DNA of 64,000 nucleotides from Eledone cirrhosa (Eukaryota): assembly GCA_964016885.1 (NCBI GenBank), contig OZ024755.1, positions 21,328,001 through 21,392,000 of the forward strand. Direction: 5' to 3'. Shown in pieces: positions 12,810 through 24,670 of the stretch. The notes beneath the pieces were generated by a model. The model was not told the origin of the DNA. It did no database searches and saw only the letters and a list, made by a program, of their open reading frames with translations. Positions within the stretch are counted from its first letter, which is position 1, and each line of letters begins with the position of its first letter. A program made the translations under genes and the position numbers.

Positions 12810-13410
12810 ATGAGTTCAAATCACACCGAGATTAACTTTGCCTTTCATCCTTACGGAGTCGATAAAATAAAGTACCAGTAACATACTGGGGCTGATTTAA
12901 TCGACTTTCCCCCTCCTCCAAATATTGTTGGTCTTGTGCCTATATAAGAAACCATTATTATTGTGTAATAATGTAGTACCAGTAATGCATTGGGTAATTG
13001 CTGGCCTTGTGCCAAAAGTAGAAACAATTATTATTTTGTAATTAAGGCAGATTAGTTCTAATCGGTAGAGCGTCGGGCAACATGCTTTGAGGTATTTAGT
13101 TATCGCCCTTTACGTTCTGAGTTCAAATCCCGACGAGGTTGGCTTTGCCTTTCATTCTTACGGGGTCGATAAAATTAAGTACCAGTAATGTACTGGGATT
13201 GATTTAATCGACTTACCCCCTCCTCCAACATTATTAACCTAGTGCCTAAATCATAAACATTTATTATGTAAATAAGGTGGATTGATAGTCTCATTAGAGG
13301 ATCGGCCATTTAAATTCTGAGTTCAAATCCTACTGAAATCAACTTTACCTTTCATCCTTCTGTGGTCAATAAAATAAAATACCAGTTAAGTAGAGTTAAT
13401 TGACTTTCCC
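12810..13410 (+). mobile_element. Cluster of Meta-type SINEs
   Basis: Three cores plus a tail fragment, all on +. Confidence 0.8.
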
Positions 13411-13442
13411 TCTTTTTCTTCTTCTTAAATAATAATGAAACT

Positions 13443-14215
13443 ATTGTGTACAGTGCTCAGGTGCACTACAACTCATCAAAGGTGCATGTATAGTACATAG
13501 AATAATGTACAAATGTCAGGCAAATGAATAGTGTACGAGTCATGACATACATGTGTACGTATGTATGGAGCGGGAGTGTACAGTGCTCAGGTGCACTATA
13601 ACTCATCAAAGGTGCATGTATAGTACATAGAATAATTGTTTCTACTTTTGGCACAAGGCCAGCAAATTACCCAGTGCATTACTGGTACTTTATTTTATCG
13701 ACCCCGTAAGGATGAAAGGCAAAGTCAACCTCGGCGGGATTTGAACTCAGATCGTAAAGGGACGTAACTATGCTGGAAAGCATGGCGTCCGACCCTCTAC
13801 CGATACTGCCAATCCACCGCCCATAGAATAATGTACAAATGTCAGGCAAATGAACAGTGTATGAGTCATGACATACATGTGTGCGTATGTATGGAGCGGG
13901 AATATCAGGTATAGTGTTGGCGAATGTCAGGAAGCATGGAGGCCTTAAAGGATGCAGTGTCTCGTCAGCTAACAACTGATGCAGGTCGTTTGTTCCATGC
14001 TTCAGCAACTCCGAGCGTGAAAAAATGTTTCCGAAAGTCATGGGAACTGTGTTAAACACATGGAAATCAAAAAGGTGCTCAGGGTTGTTGTTGGCAAGAT
14101 GGTTAATAATTTTGTGGGTGTTTACCAAGTCAGTTGCCAGGCGTCGGAGCTTCAATGTATCCATGCTCAGGGAAGCAAGGCGTTCAGAGTATGGTAGATG
14201 CCTGATGGAGGGTAT
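13443..14215 (-). mobile_element. CR1/L2-group LINE 3' end with duplicated 3' UTR, interrupted by a SINE
   Basis: TLKLRRLATDLVNTHKII...FFTLGVAEAWNK resembles the C-terminus of CR1/L2-group ORF2. The 3' UTR segment from about 13450 is repeated from 13578. Confidence 0.75.
13637..13821 (-). mobile_element. Meta-type SINE with 11-bp target site duplication
   Basis: CATAGAATAAT at 13626-13636 and 13822-13832 flanks a complete SINE. Confidence 0.9.
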
Positions 14216-14224
14216 TCTTCTACT

Positions 14225-14395
14225 TCGCCATCTTCTTCTTCGTCGCCGCCATCTTTTTCTTCTCCTCCTCTTCCCACTTATTCCTGAGAGGGTCGTGGGT
14301 GGGCAGAGTCCTCAAACACTCCCTCTAGCAGGTCCTGTCAGAAGCAACTGTCTCCAACTGATCCAGCTGGATCCCCAAGCGAAACCATCCAAGTT
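14225..14395 (-). mobile_element. 3' tail fragment of an RTE-clade LINE (family of 16330-16927)
   Basis: The reverse complement matches GACAGGACC...TTTGAGGACTCTGCCC...GACCCTCTCAGGAATAAGTGGG(AAG)n at 16850-16927 and 53460-53535. Confidence 0.75.
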
Positions 14396-14464
14396 CAATA
14401 ATCGACTTTCCCCGCTTTCCGAAATTGCTGACCTTGTGCCTGAATTAGAAACCATTATTTTGTA

Positions 14465-14720
14465 AGATTTGCAGTATCGGTAGGGGATCAAACGCCATGC
14501 TTTGTAACATAGAGTAACGCCCCTTTACGTTCTGAGTTCAAATCCCGCCGAGGTTAACTTTGCCTTTCATCCTTACGGGGGTCGATAAAATAAAGCACCA
14601 GTAATGCACTGGGTAATTGCTGGCCTTGTGCCAAAAATAGAAACCATTATTTTGTAAACAAGGGCGATGGATTGGCAGAATCGGTAGAGCGCCAGACAAA
14701 ATGCTTTGTGATATTTAGTT
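14465..14720 (+). mobile_element. Meta-type SINE plus a head fragment
   Basis: Same core as 2624. Confidence 0.8.
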
Positions 14721-14967
14721 ATGAATTTCTATTTTTTATAAATCAAATAAATAAACTAAAAATAATTTTATAAGCGGTTTCAGTGGAGGTAAGAGAGATA
14801 ACTCATCTTGTCCTGTATTTTTGTAGTCGGTTGGTGAATTTAATTCAAAACCCTTGTAAACGTTTAAAAGTATAGTTTATAGGAATAACATTTTATAACA
14901 GAGCCGACCTGGTACTGATGCTAGAAATAACAGCAGAAATATTTGAGTAAAAGAAACGTATCAGTTT

Positions 14968-15150
14968 AAATGGTCCGGTCCATGTTGTGTAGTCCCATTT
15001 CAGCCTCAATGGTCCGGTCCATGTTGTGTAGTCCCATTTCAGTCGTTATCGTGATCCGGTCCATGTTGTGTAGTCCCATGTCAGTCTCAATGGTCCGGTC
15101 CATCTTGTGCAGTCCCGTGTCAGTCTTGATTGTGGTCTGGCCCATGCTGT
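14968..15150. repeat. 39-bp minisatellite, about 4.5 copies
   Basis: Unit AATGGTCCGGTCCATGTTGTGTAGTCCCATTTCAGCCTC, with one 42-bp variant. Confidence 0.9.
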
Positions 15151-15849
15151 ATAACATCTAGCAACTGCATAGAGACCCCCACCCACCATTTGGCTCCATT
15201 ACAAATAAATATTCTGAGCAGGAACAATTGTAACAGGAATAACAAAATTGATTTGTAGTTTATAACTATGAAAAAATTATCTCCATTGTTGTAGAAATAG
15301 GCTTGGTAAGAAAACACCCCCTCGAAGTTATAACAAATTTGTTAAAAGGGAGACTACTCTGCATGAAAAAGGTGTTCCAAAAATATATTAAAAATACCTT
15401 TGTCAAAAAACTCCTTTTTTGCGATAAGAACCCTAAATATTACTAAAAGACTTATAAAGGACATTTAAACTTGATAATAAAAAGAATATATATGTACATA
15501 TTTTTTTCATTTTATTAAGAAAAAACATATCTTACATTAAACTTTAGACTGTCGTGAGGAACTGACAAACCCTGTAGGAAACCCCACCTTTTTTTTTCTT
15601 TCTCATGAATCCCAAAATATTTTAGTGAACCTTTGGATTTGTACAAACTCTGGTTTGATACCATTGTTCTATATGAGTATAAATGTCATATGGAACATCA
15701 CGTACAAATCGTGTTTAGAATTTCAATACTTAATAAATCGCGCGTTGTGTTTTTTTAATGTACTCACTCAAAGCAAGGCAATAAAGTCACTAAAATACAA
15801 GGAGTTGTTGAGAATGGAAAGGGATAAAAGAGAGAACATAATTCAAGGA

Positions 15850-16120
15850 GAAAGATGATGATGTTGCTTTTGACCTTTTGCAACTTATGGTGGTCAGGAA
15901 ACCAAGAAACCGGAAGAGAATTCCATAGGCGAGGTGCAAGGGAAGAAACTATTACAATAGAATTTGCAATTACATTTGGGAACTTCAACTGTAAAGGGGT
16001 GAAACCTAGCCCCAAATCTGGGGCTCTGTTTAAGACAAGGCAACAAAGAAGGAAACTCATCGGAACATTATTTTACAAAATACCCTCTCTTAATAGTCCC
16101 TCTTTCAGGTCAGTTGACTG
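15850..16120 (-). mobile_element. Decayed LINE (L2/CR1/Jockey group) ORF2 C-terminal fragment
   Basis: APRLWNSLP...KLQKVKSNI motif followed by a short (ATC)n tail. Confidence 0.6.
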
Positions 16121-16329
16121 AGTCAATATTTGCAGAGGCTAAAGTATAGCTGTTTCAACCAATCTTTTATCTCCCCACCACACTCACAATTTAATCATGG
16201 GTCAAGCAATATCGATGACCTTTGAAGAGACTCTCAGACTAGTGAGACTGATACAAGATGTATCATATCTGTCTACTTTAATATGTGGTCTACCATGTTA
16301 TCTGTAGTCAATGCTATGTAATGACCTGA

Positions 16330-16927
16330 CATGTCTCTACTGACTTGTGCTTGCTGTGTTCATGAGTGATGGAAGGCAGGAGGCTGAATCAAGTATAAGA
16401 ATTACAGGAGCTGGTGCAGTAATGCACCAGCTTCAGAAAGAGGGATGTAGGCATAAAAGCCAAACTTGCTATCTTCAATTCAGTATTCATGCCGACCCTT
16501 ACCTATGATCATGAATTTGGGGTAATGACTGAAAGAATACAATCACAAATACAAGTGACAGAAATGAGGTTCCTCTGAAGGGTCTTTGGAGTAACATTAC
16601 TCAATAGAGTGCGTAGCTCGGAGATCAGAGAGTCACTCAAGGTAGAGCCGCTACTTCTCTGTATTGAGAGGTCACAGCTCCGATACTATGGGCATGTGGT
16701 TAGAATGTCTCAGGAAGAATCACTGGACAGATTTTATGGGCAAAACCATCCGGTAGGAGTAGACATTGAGCAAGATAGTTGGATAACATCCATGTGCTTG
16801 GCTGGTCTCACTTGGAGATCCAGCCGGATCAGTTGGAGATGGTTGCTTCTGACAGGACCCGTTGGAAGGAGTATTTGAGGACTCTGCCCCCACGACCCTC
16901 TCAGGAATAAGTGGGTGAAGAAGAAGC
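16330..16927 (+). mobile_element. 5'-truncated RTE-clade LINE (Expander/Rex3-like)
   Basis: KAKLAIFNSVFMPTLTY...EMRFL*RVFGVTLLNRVRSSEIRESLKVEPLLLCIERSQLRYYGHVVRM, then an (AAG)n tail. Confidence 0.85.
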
Positions 16928-17254
16928 TTGCCATTTTGGTTTGTTTGGTTTTTTTTAAATCTTTTTCACAAATGCTCCTGGCCTGTCTATATAACATAGG
17001 AACCACCACCCACATCAATACTCTGACTTGCCTATATAAGATAGCAACCAACACCCACATCAATACTCCTCATTTATGGTACATAGCAACCAACACCCAC
17101 ATCAGTACCCTCACCTGTCTATATAAGATAGCAACCAACACCCACATCAGTATCATTCTCAATTTTATTATGATGATTAAATGTCATTAACAATAAATCA
17201 TTATCCAACTTTTTTTTATTTATTATACTGCAGTAATAAAGTTTTTTAAGTTGA

Positions 17255-17936
17255 GGTAGACTGTATACTGGACTGTAACTGTACAGGTAGACCCCTGACT
17301 GGACTGTAACTGTACAGGTAGGCCAGACTGGACTGTAACTGTACAGGTAGACCCCTGACTGGACTGTAACTGTACAGGTAGGCCAGACTGGACTGTACAG
17401 GTAGACCCCTGACTGGACTGTAACTGTACAGGTAGGCCACTGACTGGACTGTAACTGTACAGGTAGACCCCTGACTGGACTGTAACTGTACAGGTAGACC
17501 CCTGACTGTACAGGTAGGCCACTGACTGGACTGTAACTGTACAGGTAGGCCACTGACTGGACTGTAACTGTACATGTAGACCCCTGACTGGACTGTAACT
17601 GTACAGGTAGACCCCTGACTGGACTGTAACTGTACAGGTAGACCCCTGACTGGACTGTAACTGTACAGGTAGACCCCTGACTGGACTGTAACTGTACAGG
17701 TAGACCCCTGACTGGACTGTGACTGTACAGGTAGACCCCTGACTGTGCAGGTAGACTACTGACTGGACTGTAGCTGTACAGGTAGACTGTATACTGGACT
17801 GTAACTGTACAGGTAGACCCCTGACTGGACTGTACAGGTAGACCACTGACTGAACTGTAACTGTACAGGTAGACCACTGACTGGACTGTGACTGTACAGG
17901 TAGACTACTGACTGGACTGTAGCTGTACAGGTAGAC
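17255..17936. repeat. About 31-bp minisatellite with length variants, about 23 copies
   Basis: Unit GGACTGTAACTGTACAGGTAGACCCCTGACT. Confidence 0.95.
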
Positions 17937-18659
17937 AATATATTGATTTTGGGGCAGTTTGGAGCAAGACAGTATGAAGAGGGTTAATCCTACATATCAA
18001 TTTTCTGGAATATACAGGGTGAAATAATAAAAAAACTGAAAAATGGAATAAAATAAAACAAAACAATTGCATCTAGGAGGAACTATTTTAGCCAAATAAG
18101 AACACAAAAATATTCACTTTATTTCTTCAGTCAACACTTCTGCAAGTGAAATTATGTCAGTGAATAGGTTGCAAAGTGCAATGAAAATTTTAACACCTAT
18201 GGAAATACTCTCAGGTCTAAAATAATCACCTGCTGCTTAGTAATTTTTCCGATTTTTCCAACCCAAGTTCTTATTCCGCCGCTACCCCCATCCAGCTTAT
18301 TCCACCCATACCCAGCTTTTTAAATTTTGCAAATGTATCTCTGGCGAAACTTTATTTTATGTGGTAGCATTCCTGCAACATTAAAAAATATTAAACATGA
18401 CAAAAAAAAGAACATTACAAGAAATCCCATACATTATAAAATAAATAGAATAGGTTGGGGAAGGGGTCTCTATATGTAAACTAAATGACTAATTCTGGTT
18501 TTTAAAAAAAACCAAGGGAGACAACCTAGGAAAATTATCGATTTTTCAAACCCCTTCATCATTTGGGACCCGAGAGTAAAATAAAAATGTCTAAAATAGC
18601 TTGTTTCAAGACTGTCTTTCATCAGATTGTCAAACAAATACAATAAATAAATAAATATA

Positions 18660-19172
18660 TATGCGTATGAAGGATGACAGCTGCATGAAAAGATGCAGAG
18701 TGCTCAGTCAATGGAAGCCTTGGGATGAAGTGATAAAAAGCGACCTTACCCAATTGCACCTCTCAAAGGCGATGACACAGGACCGACATCTCTGGTGTTA
18801 TGCGGTATTACAGAAGACCCGACTTCCCACAAGCACAGGCCGAAGCTGAAGCATATATACAGTATGCACCACCCCACCCTCCCATACATCTCCCACAAGG
18901 ACAGGCTGAAACACTGTAAAGTGGTCATGATGGTGACACGGTAAAAAGCATCCAGCCCACACTGTGTAGGTGTCACAACAAAAAGCACCCAGCACTTACT
19001 GTAAATGAGGTTGGCATTAGGAAAGGTATCTAGCTGTAGAAACCAAGCCATAATCAGTTCTGTATGAGCAACACATGGTCAACTGATCTAACATTGCCCA
19101 CAACAGAACAACTCATCTAACCCATGCCAGCGTGGAAAAATAGACGTAAAATGATGATGATGATGATGATGA
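18660..19172 (+). mobile_element. 5'-truncated RTE LINE (family of 40557-42886)
   Basis: MRMKDDSCMKRCR...WDEVIKSDLTQLH matches ORF 40855-41118. It has the same 3' UTR and (GAT)n tail. Confidence 0.85.
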
Positions 19173-20755
19173 TATATAAAATATTAATAAAGTAACAAAA
19201 ATATTTTTTTCATTATTAAAAAATTTTTTATATATATTAATTTAAAATATATATTTTATTTTTCAGTTCTTTGGCATTACATTTTCATTTCAAAATCCAA
19301 TACAAATCAACTGATAGGTTTTCAAAGAAACAAGCCTGTGATGAAAATGTTCAAATGAAGATAATTTGTGAGTTTATGTCATCCAATTTAACACTTTTGT
19401 TACCAAATTACCTGAAATTGCCCCTGGTTCTCTACAATACAAAATATTTTGCTGTAAAGTGTTTCTATTTATCTCAAAACCCCCAGCTGTAATTTTAAGC
19501 TAGCATGTTTAAGCTATGCTAAAAAGGACCCAGCTTAGTACTAGGATAGTTAGTTATATTATTAAATTTCTCTATATTCTTGATTCTTTTGAAAATTATA
19601 GACCATATATTTCATTAGAAATATAAGAAAAGGGTTAAATATAATACATAAATATACTTAACAGTAATTTTTATCAAATTAAGAAGAGTATATCACAAAA
19701 TGACAATACATTTCAAAGGTATTGATTATTGGAGATAATCTTTTATTTTTATTAATTCCAGTCAATACAATTGAAGTCTAAATAATGTGTGTAAAAAATG
19801 GTCCAGAAACTGCTTAATTATAAATGTATCTGAGTTAATTGTTTCTTTGACATGATTCTTTGTGTGTGTGTGTGTGTATCTTAGCAGCTATTGTATATGT
19901 TTCTTCATGTAAGGTGCTGGAGTTAAGTCATGAAGAAAATATAATACGTACACACACACTCACTGACACCAACAGTGAACTTATATATGATAGTTTGTGA
20001 ACTATTCAAATGTTATAGAGAAAGAGATCCCAAATTAAGTTCATTTGACAATGTTTTGGACCTGCTCCTCAATATTCCAGACATTCAAACCTCTGACTGT
20101 GATGATATAAGTTCACAAAAAGTTAAGGAATCTCTGTATTTACCATATTCAAAACAGTTGGCACCAGGAAGGGCATCCAGCTGTAAAACATTGCTTCAAA
20201 AAAGCCCTCATGATGAATACGAAGCCTTTTATGGGATCTGCAAGACTAACTCCAGTTTTAATAAAGAAAAACTGTCTTAAAATGCTTTCTGCTACTGTTG
20301 TTAGCCCTGAATCTATTAACACACAAACTATAAGTTTCTAAGTTATATTGTTAGCTCAACACTTGCATTGTTCTGATATACACACTAAAAGCTGTAAAAT
20401 TAAAATAACATTTTTTTTAATATAAAAACCTATATTATTATCATCTTATCTCTTAACATCCTGGAATGAATTAGCAGAAACTATCTAAAACACGTTTGTT
20501 AATTCAAATGTTTGTAGTATCTTTACTACTGAACAGATCATTGTGAAAATTTGTATATTTGAGTAAAAGCTTTAATTTTTAATGTGATACAGTCAGAGTA
20601 TTGCCCTGTATATTTTTAAAGAATATCTTGCCAATGTGGTTTCCTGTGGTATAGAACGTTAAGAGTTAAAAGTAAAAAAAAAAACCTATATCATTATCAT
20701 AGAGAATAAGTAGATTAGGAGCCACCAGCTTGTAAGTCTAACAAAAGCTTAGACT

Positions 20756-21156
20756 TCAAAGTTGTGACAAAACTTTATTAACAAAACTGAACATGGGATG
20801 ACTAGCACATGTCTTCAACCAAACTTCAACATTTGGTGGAACACGTTTAGCAAGCTTGTAACTTTGGATTCCTGACCAACAAACAATATCAGCTAAAGAT
20901 AAATTATGACCGACCAACCATTTACTCTTTGCTAATGTGGAGTCAAGGTCTTTTATCATATTATTTTTTTGTTCAGCATCACCATTCCAAAGTAATAAAC
21001 TGGCTTTATCTATCCAACCATCAATCTGGGTTGACTGTACAGGATCTTTATCATAGGATGGGTTCATCAACCTAGAAAAGTACCGAGCAATGTTCACTTC
21101 TCCATAGATAAAGGTTTGTTTCTCAGGATTAATCATCAGTGAACATCCTTGATTAA
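20756..21156 (-). CDS. AIMP2: AIMP2 exon 4 (last; GST-like C-terminal domain)
   Basis: Acceptor TTTTTACTTTCAG|TT, phase 1. IYGEVNIARYFSRL...IDGWID...LAKSKWLVGHNLSLADIVCWS matches AIMP2 IEGEGNIARFL...WLAGNELTVADVVLWS. TGA stop at 20758-20756. Confidence 0.93.
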
Positions 21157-21220
21157 CTGAAAGTAAAAATAACAGAATTAAGAAACACAATTACAACTTT
21201 AATAATAGATTAATTTTTAA

Positions 21221-21442
21221 TTAACCCTTTCATGACCATATTTCTAATGAAATACACTCTATTTCAATTAGTTAATAAAGAATTTTTAAGTATTTACGAA
21301 AATTATCAATTATTTCATTACTAAGATAGTAACTTAATGTAAGGTTCATATATAAAATTATGGAAGATTTTAATTTAAAATGGGTGGCTTTATTTCATAG
21401 AACCAGAGCCTGTTTTGGCTGGGCTGGTAATTAAAGGGTTAA
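21221..21442. mobile_element. TTAA-flanked MITE (piggyBac-like ends)
   Basis: TTAA-CCCTTT...AAAGGG-TTAA. Related copies at about 19388-19638, 22510-22691, 52045, 58034-58226, 59305-59554 and 60318-60672. Confidence 0.75.
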
Positions 21443-21999
21443 AATAAGTCTATTAATTAATATAATGAATAAGCCTACACAGATATAGAGCACTAAAACA
21501 AAGGAGGAGAGAAGACCTGCAGATATGCAGTACTAAAGAAGGGACAAGAAAGTGGGAGAGAAGACCTGCAGTCAATCATACACCACCACAAGGGGGCGTT
21601 GGAGCATACCTCTAATAATTTTTGAGGCAAGCCAACACACTTGCAACATTGCAGTGGGTGATAGCGAGACTAAGACACTGGAATAACCAAGTACCCTTGC
21701 GAACAAAACCATACACCTTGGTAAAGTGATCCACCAACGAAAAGAACTTCGTTGTCAGTGGTCAAGTACCAAGGTATGGAGTGAACTTTGTGAAAGAGAA
21801 CCAGAGGCCATGTGGTGTGGTGTGGAGTGAACTTTGTGGAAAAGAAATTGAGATCATGTAGTCTGGAGTGAACTTTGTGGAAGAAAACCTGAGACTATGT
21901 GGTATCATGTGGTGCGAAGTGAACTTCTTCACTGCAAAAAAAATGTTCTGTAAAAAAAAGGTTAAAATATTGAAAAACTGATACTAATGGTTTTCTTAC

Positions 22000-22243
22000 C
22001 ATTTTTGTAAATAATGGTCAGCAGCAGATCATTTGAGAGGCGACCATCTTCAGGTTTCTTAGAAGGTGTGGCTAAGTCAAATAAATTGCATAGTTTTACT
22101 GAAGGCTTCTTCTTAACTGAAGAATGAACATATATGGTGGGTTTCACTTTGAGACTTCGAGAGAGTTCTTGATAGAGAATTAATAAAGATAGTGGAACTG
22201 AATTGGGGTCAACACCAATTACTATGTCTTGAAAGTTAACATT
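22000..22243 (-). CDS. AIMP2: AIMP2 exon 3
   Basis: Acceptor TTTATTCCACAG|AAT (phase 0), donor G|GTAAGA (phase 1). DIVIGVDPNSVPLSLLIL...VHSSVK...LTIIYKN matches human DIVINANPASPPLSLLVL...HSSVK...FTLIWKN. Confidence 0.93.
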
Positions 22244-22675
22244 CTGTGGAATAAAGTAAAATAATAGAAATAAATAAATAGAAGTAAAAGAAATCACAAG
22301 TAATTGTAAAGTTTGTTATATTGGAGTTGTAAAACTTGTTATGGTATGGTTTGTAGTGTGTATCTAGTTTAGAATACACCATATCGCTGAATGTAGTAAG
22401 AAGGGACATGGAGAAGGGATGACCACGAGGAAAGGCTGACATGGAGCCCATCTCCTCTCCAGGTCTGAATACAGAAAGAAAGGAAGTGAGAAAGAGATAT
22501 AAAGGAAGAATCAACCCGTGCTAGAAGGATTTAGTAATGTAACTAGCTTTCTTATTAAGTAAGTGTTTAGAATATAACTTAAGAAAAGGTTCTTAGAAAA
22601 AATTATTATGGAAGGTTTCAATTTAAAAATGAACAATTTTTCATCATAGAACCTGGGTCAGATTTAGAGAGGTTG

Positions 22676-23035
22676 GTATGAAAGGGGTTAAATAACCAAA
22701 TTAAAAATGTAGTTATTTGTAGAAAAGGGAGGGCTTCATGTCATGAAAAAGGGGTTAAATAACTAAATTAAAGGTGCACTTGTAGAAAAGGACTTCATAT
22801 CATGAAAAAGGGGTTAAAAACCAAATTAAAGATACGATTGTAGAAAAGGTTCTCGTGTCATGAAAAGGAGTTAAATAATCAAATTAAAGATGCACTTACT
22901 TGTAGAAAAGGACCTCATGTCATGAAAAAGGAGTTAGTTAAATAACCAAATTAAAGATACACTTACTTGTAGAAAAGGAGCTATCATGAAAAAGGAGGTC
23001 AAATAACCAAATTAAAGATGCACTTACTTGTAGAG
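22676..23035. repeat. About 60-bp tandem repeat, about 6 copies, overlapping the AIMP2 exon-2 donor
   Basis: Unit CATGAAAAAGGGGTTAAATAACCAAATTAAAGATGCACTTACTTGTAGAAAAGG. Confidence 0.88.
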
Positions 23036-23177
23036 AAGGGGCTGATGTTTGACTGTCTTGACATTCACTGCCACATGACATTTTATCCAATTCATCCTGT
23101 ATTCTTTTGAGCCGAGCAAATATAGCAGCTTGTTGGCTCTCAAGTTCAGCAATTGGGTCATTTGGTGATTGCTTTGT
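23028..23177 (-). CDS. AIMP2: AIMP2 exon 2 (coiled-coil/leucine zipper), 150 nt, phase 0-0
   Basis: Acceptor TTTCTTCTCCAG|ACA, donor CAA|GTAAGT. IAELESQQAAIFARLKRIQDELDKM matches human [25 protein letters not shown]. Confidence 0.92.
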
Positions 23178-24048
23178 CTGGAGAAGAAAGGAAACAATGT
23201 AGAAGAGATAATAGAACAGATGAAATAGGAATGGATATTGCATGAATGCATTGTCTGTTAACTCCTGATGGAGTCGTAGGGGCACCATAGTGACATACAG
23301 CATTTCTAGGACCTTTTTAAACCTGACAGAGCCCATCTCCTCTCCGATTACTGGGCCAAGCAGCACATTGTGTTCTTGAACAAGACACTTCATTTCATGC
23401 AGTTTTTCATGCAGTTTTTCATGCAGTTTTTCATCATTAAAACATCAAAAATATCTATGAGATTGTAGGAGGCCAGCTAAGCCTACATAGGTGTGAGCTG
23501 TAACAAAATGATAGGGCTGGGCTCCCTGTCATTAAAATATCCAAGAGACCTCCTATGAGATACAACCTTGTAGGAGGCCAGCTAAACCTGGAAAGATGTG
23601 AGCTGTTAATTTCATTTTTCATTTCGAATCATTGGAAGATGGATAAAATATCCCAGAAACGAACACTGGATGGTCATTGAGCATGTTTCTGTTTGATCAG
23701 GACTAACCAGAGACTAAGCAACAAGTATATTTGCTTTGACAATAGCACAGTACTGGTGTCGGGATAGAAACCACCAAACTCTTTATTCCACTATTGATAT
23801 AGCCAACTGCAATTTTAAAAAATACCAATGGAAGCTGGAATAGTCAGACACCAGCTCTCTTGGAAGAAAAACAAATTAAAAAGTGAGGAGAAATAAAATA
23901 AAACCATCCAACAAAATAAGCACAGCTGCTTCATTATATTACAAAACCAATTTCCTTGTCAAGATCATTAATTATCAAGAATTAATTGAAAAAACAGACC
24001 AGTAAAGAATTAAAGCTAAGAGTTGAGTTGTTTAATACTTTACATATA

Positions 24049-24263
24049 TGAGGGGGCACTGAAAAGTTCCAGGCTTGATCATTGCTACAGAGGCCTGGTT
24101 GGAGGCCCAACCTTACAAGTTCTTTTTACAGGGCTTAGAAAAACTAAAGGACTGCTGCAATAAGTGTGTGAATCTGAGGGAAATATGTTAAATAAAATCA
24201 TAATTAACTGATTCTCCTGTATTTTATTTTATCTAAAGCCAGGAACTTTCCAGCACCTTCACC
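24049..24263 (+). mobile_element. Internally deleted mariner element
   Basis: TIRs GAGGGGGCACTGAAAAGTTCCAGGCTT / AAGCCAGGAACTTTCCAGCACCTTC with TA flanks. The internal remnant FLQGLEKLKDCCNKCVNLR..YVK* resembles a mariner transposase C-terminus. Confidence 0.8.
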
Positions 24264-24280
24264 TATATATATATATATAT

Positions 24281-24483
24281 ATAAATGTAATCTGAGTTTT
24301 TCGAATATTAATAATAACATTCGATTCGTTTGCAATTATGCAAACAAGCCTCAATTTTATAGCCATGTCAGTAGAATGAACCCTTCATTCTACTGACATA
24401 GCTATAAAATTGAGGCTTGTTTGCATAATTACAAACGAATCGAATGTTATTATTAATATTAAAAAAACTCAGATTACATTTAT
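24281..24483. repeat. Fold-back inverted repeat H1: 100-bp arms, 3-nt loop
   Basis: Centre ...GTAGAATGAA-CCC-TTCATTCTAC...; 4 mismatches by manual alignment. Confidence 0.95.
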
Positions 24484-24558
24484 TGTAGTCAGCCATGTAG
24501 AGCAAAAAATTTTCTTTTATATATATATACACACATACACATATATACATATATATAT

Positions 24559-24670
24559 GAAAAGAGTCAGGACCCTGACGGCTGAGCTTCGGCTGTTTCG
24601 ACAGCTAGATCCAAATGGATCTAGCTGACAAAACGGCTGGAGCTCAGCCATCGAGGTCCTGACTCTTTTC
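24559..24670. repeat. Fold-back inverted repeat H2: about 55-bp imperfect arms
   Basis: GAAAAGAGTCAGGACC...CAGCTAGATCCA-AA-TGGATCTAGCTG...GGTCCTGACTCTTTTC. Confidence 0.92.
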
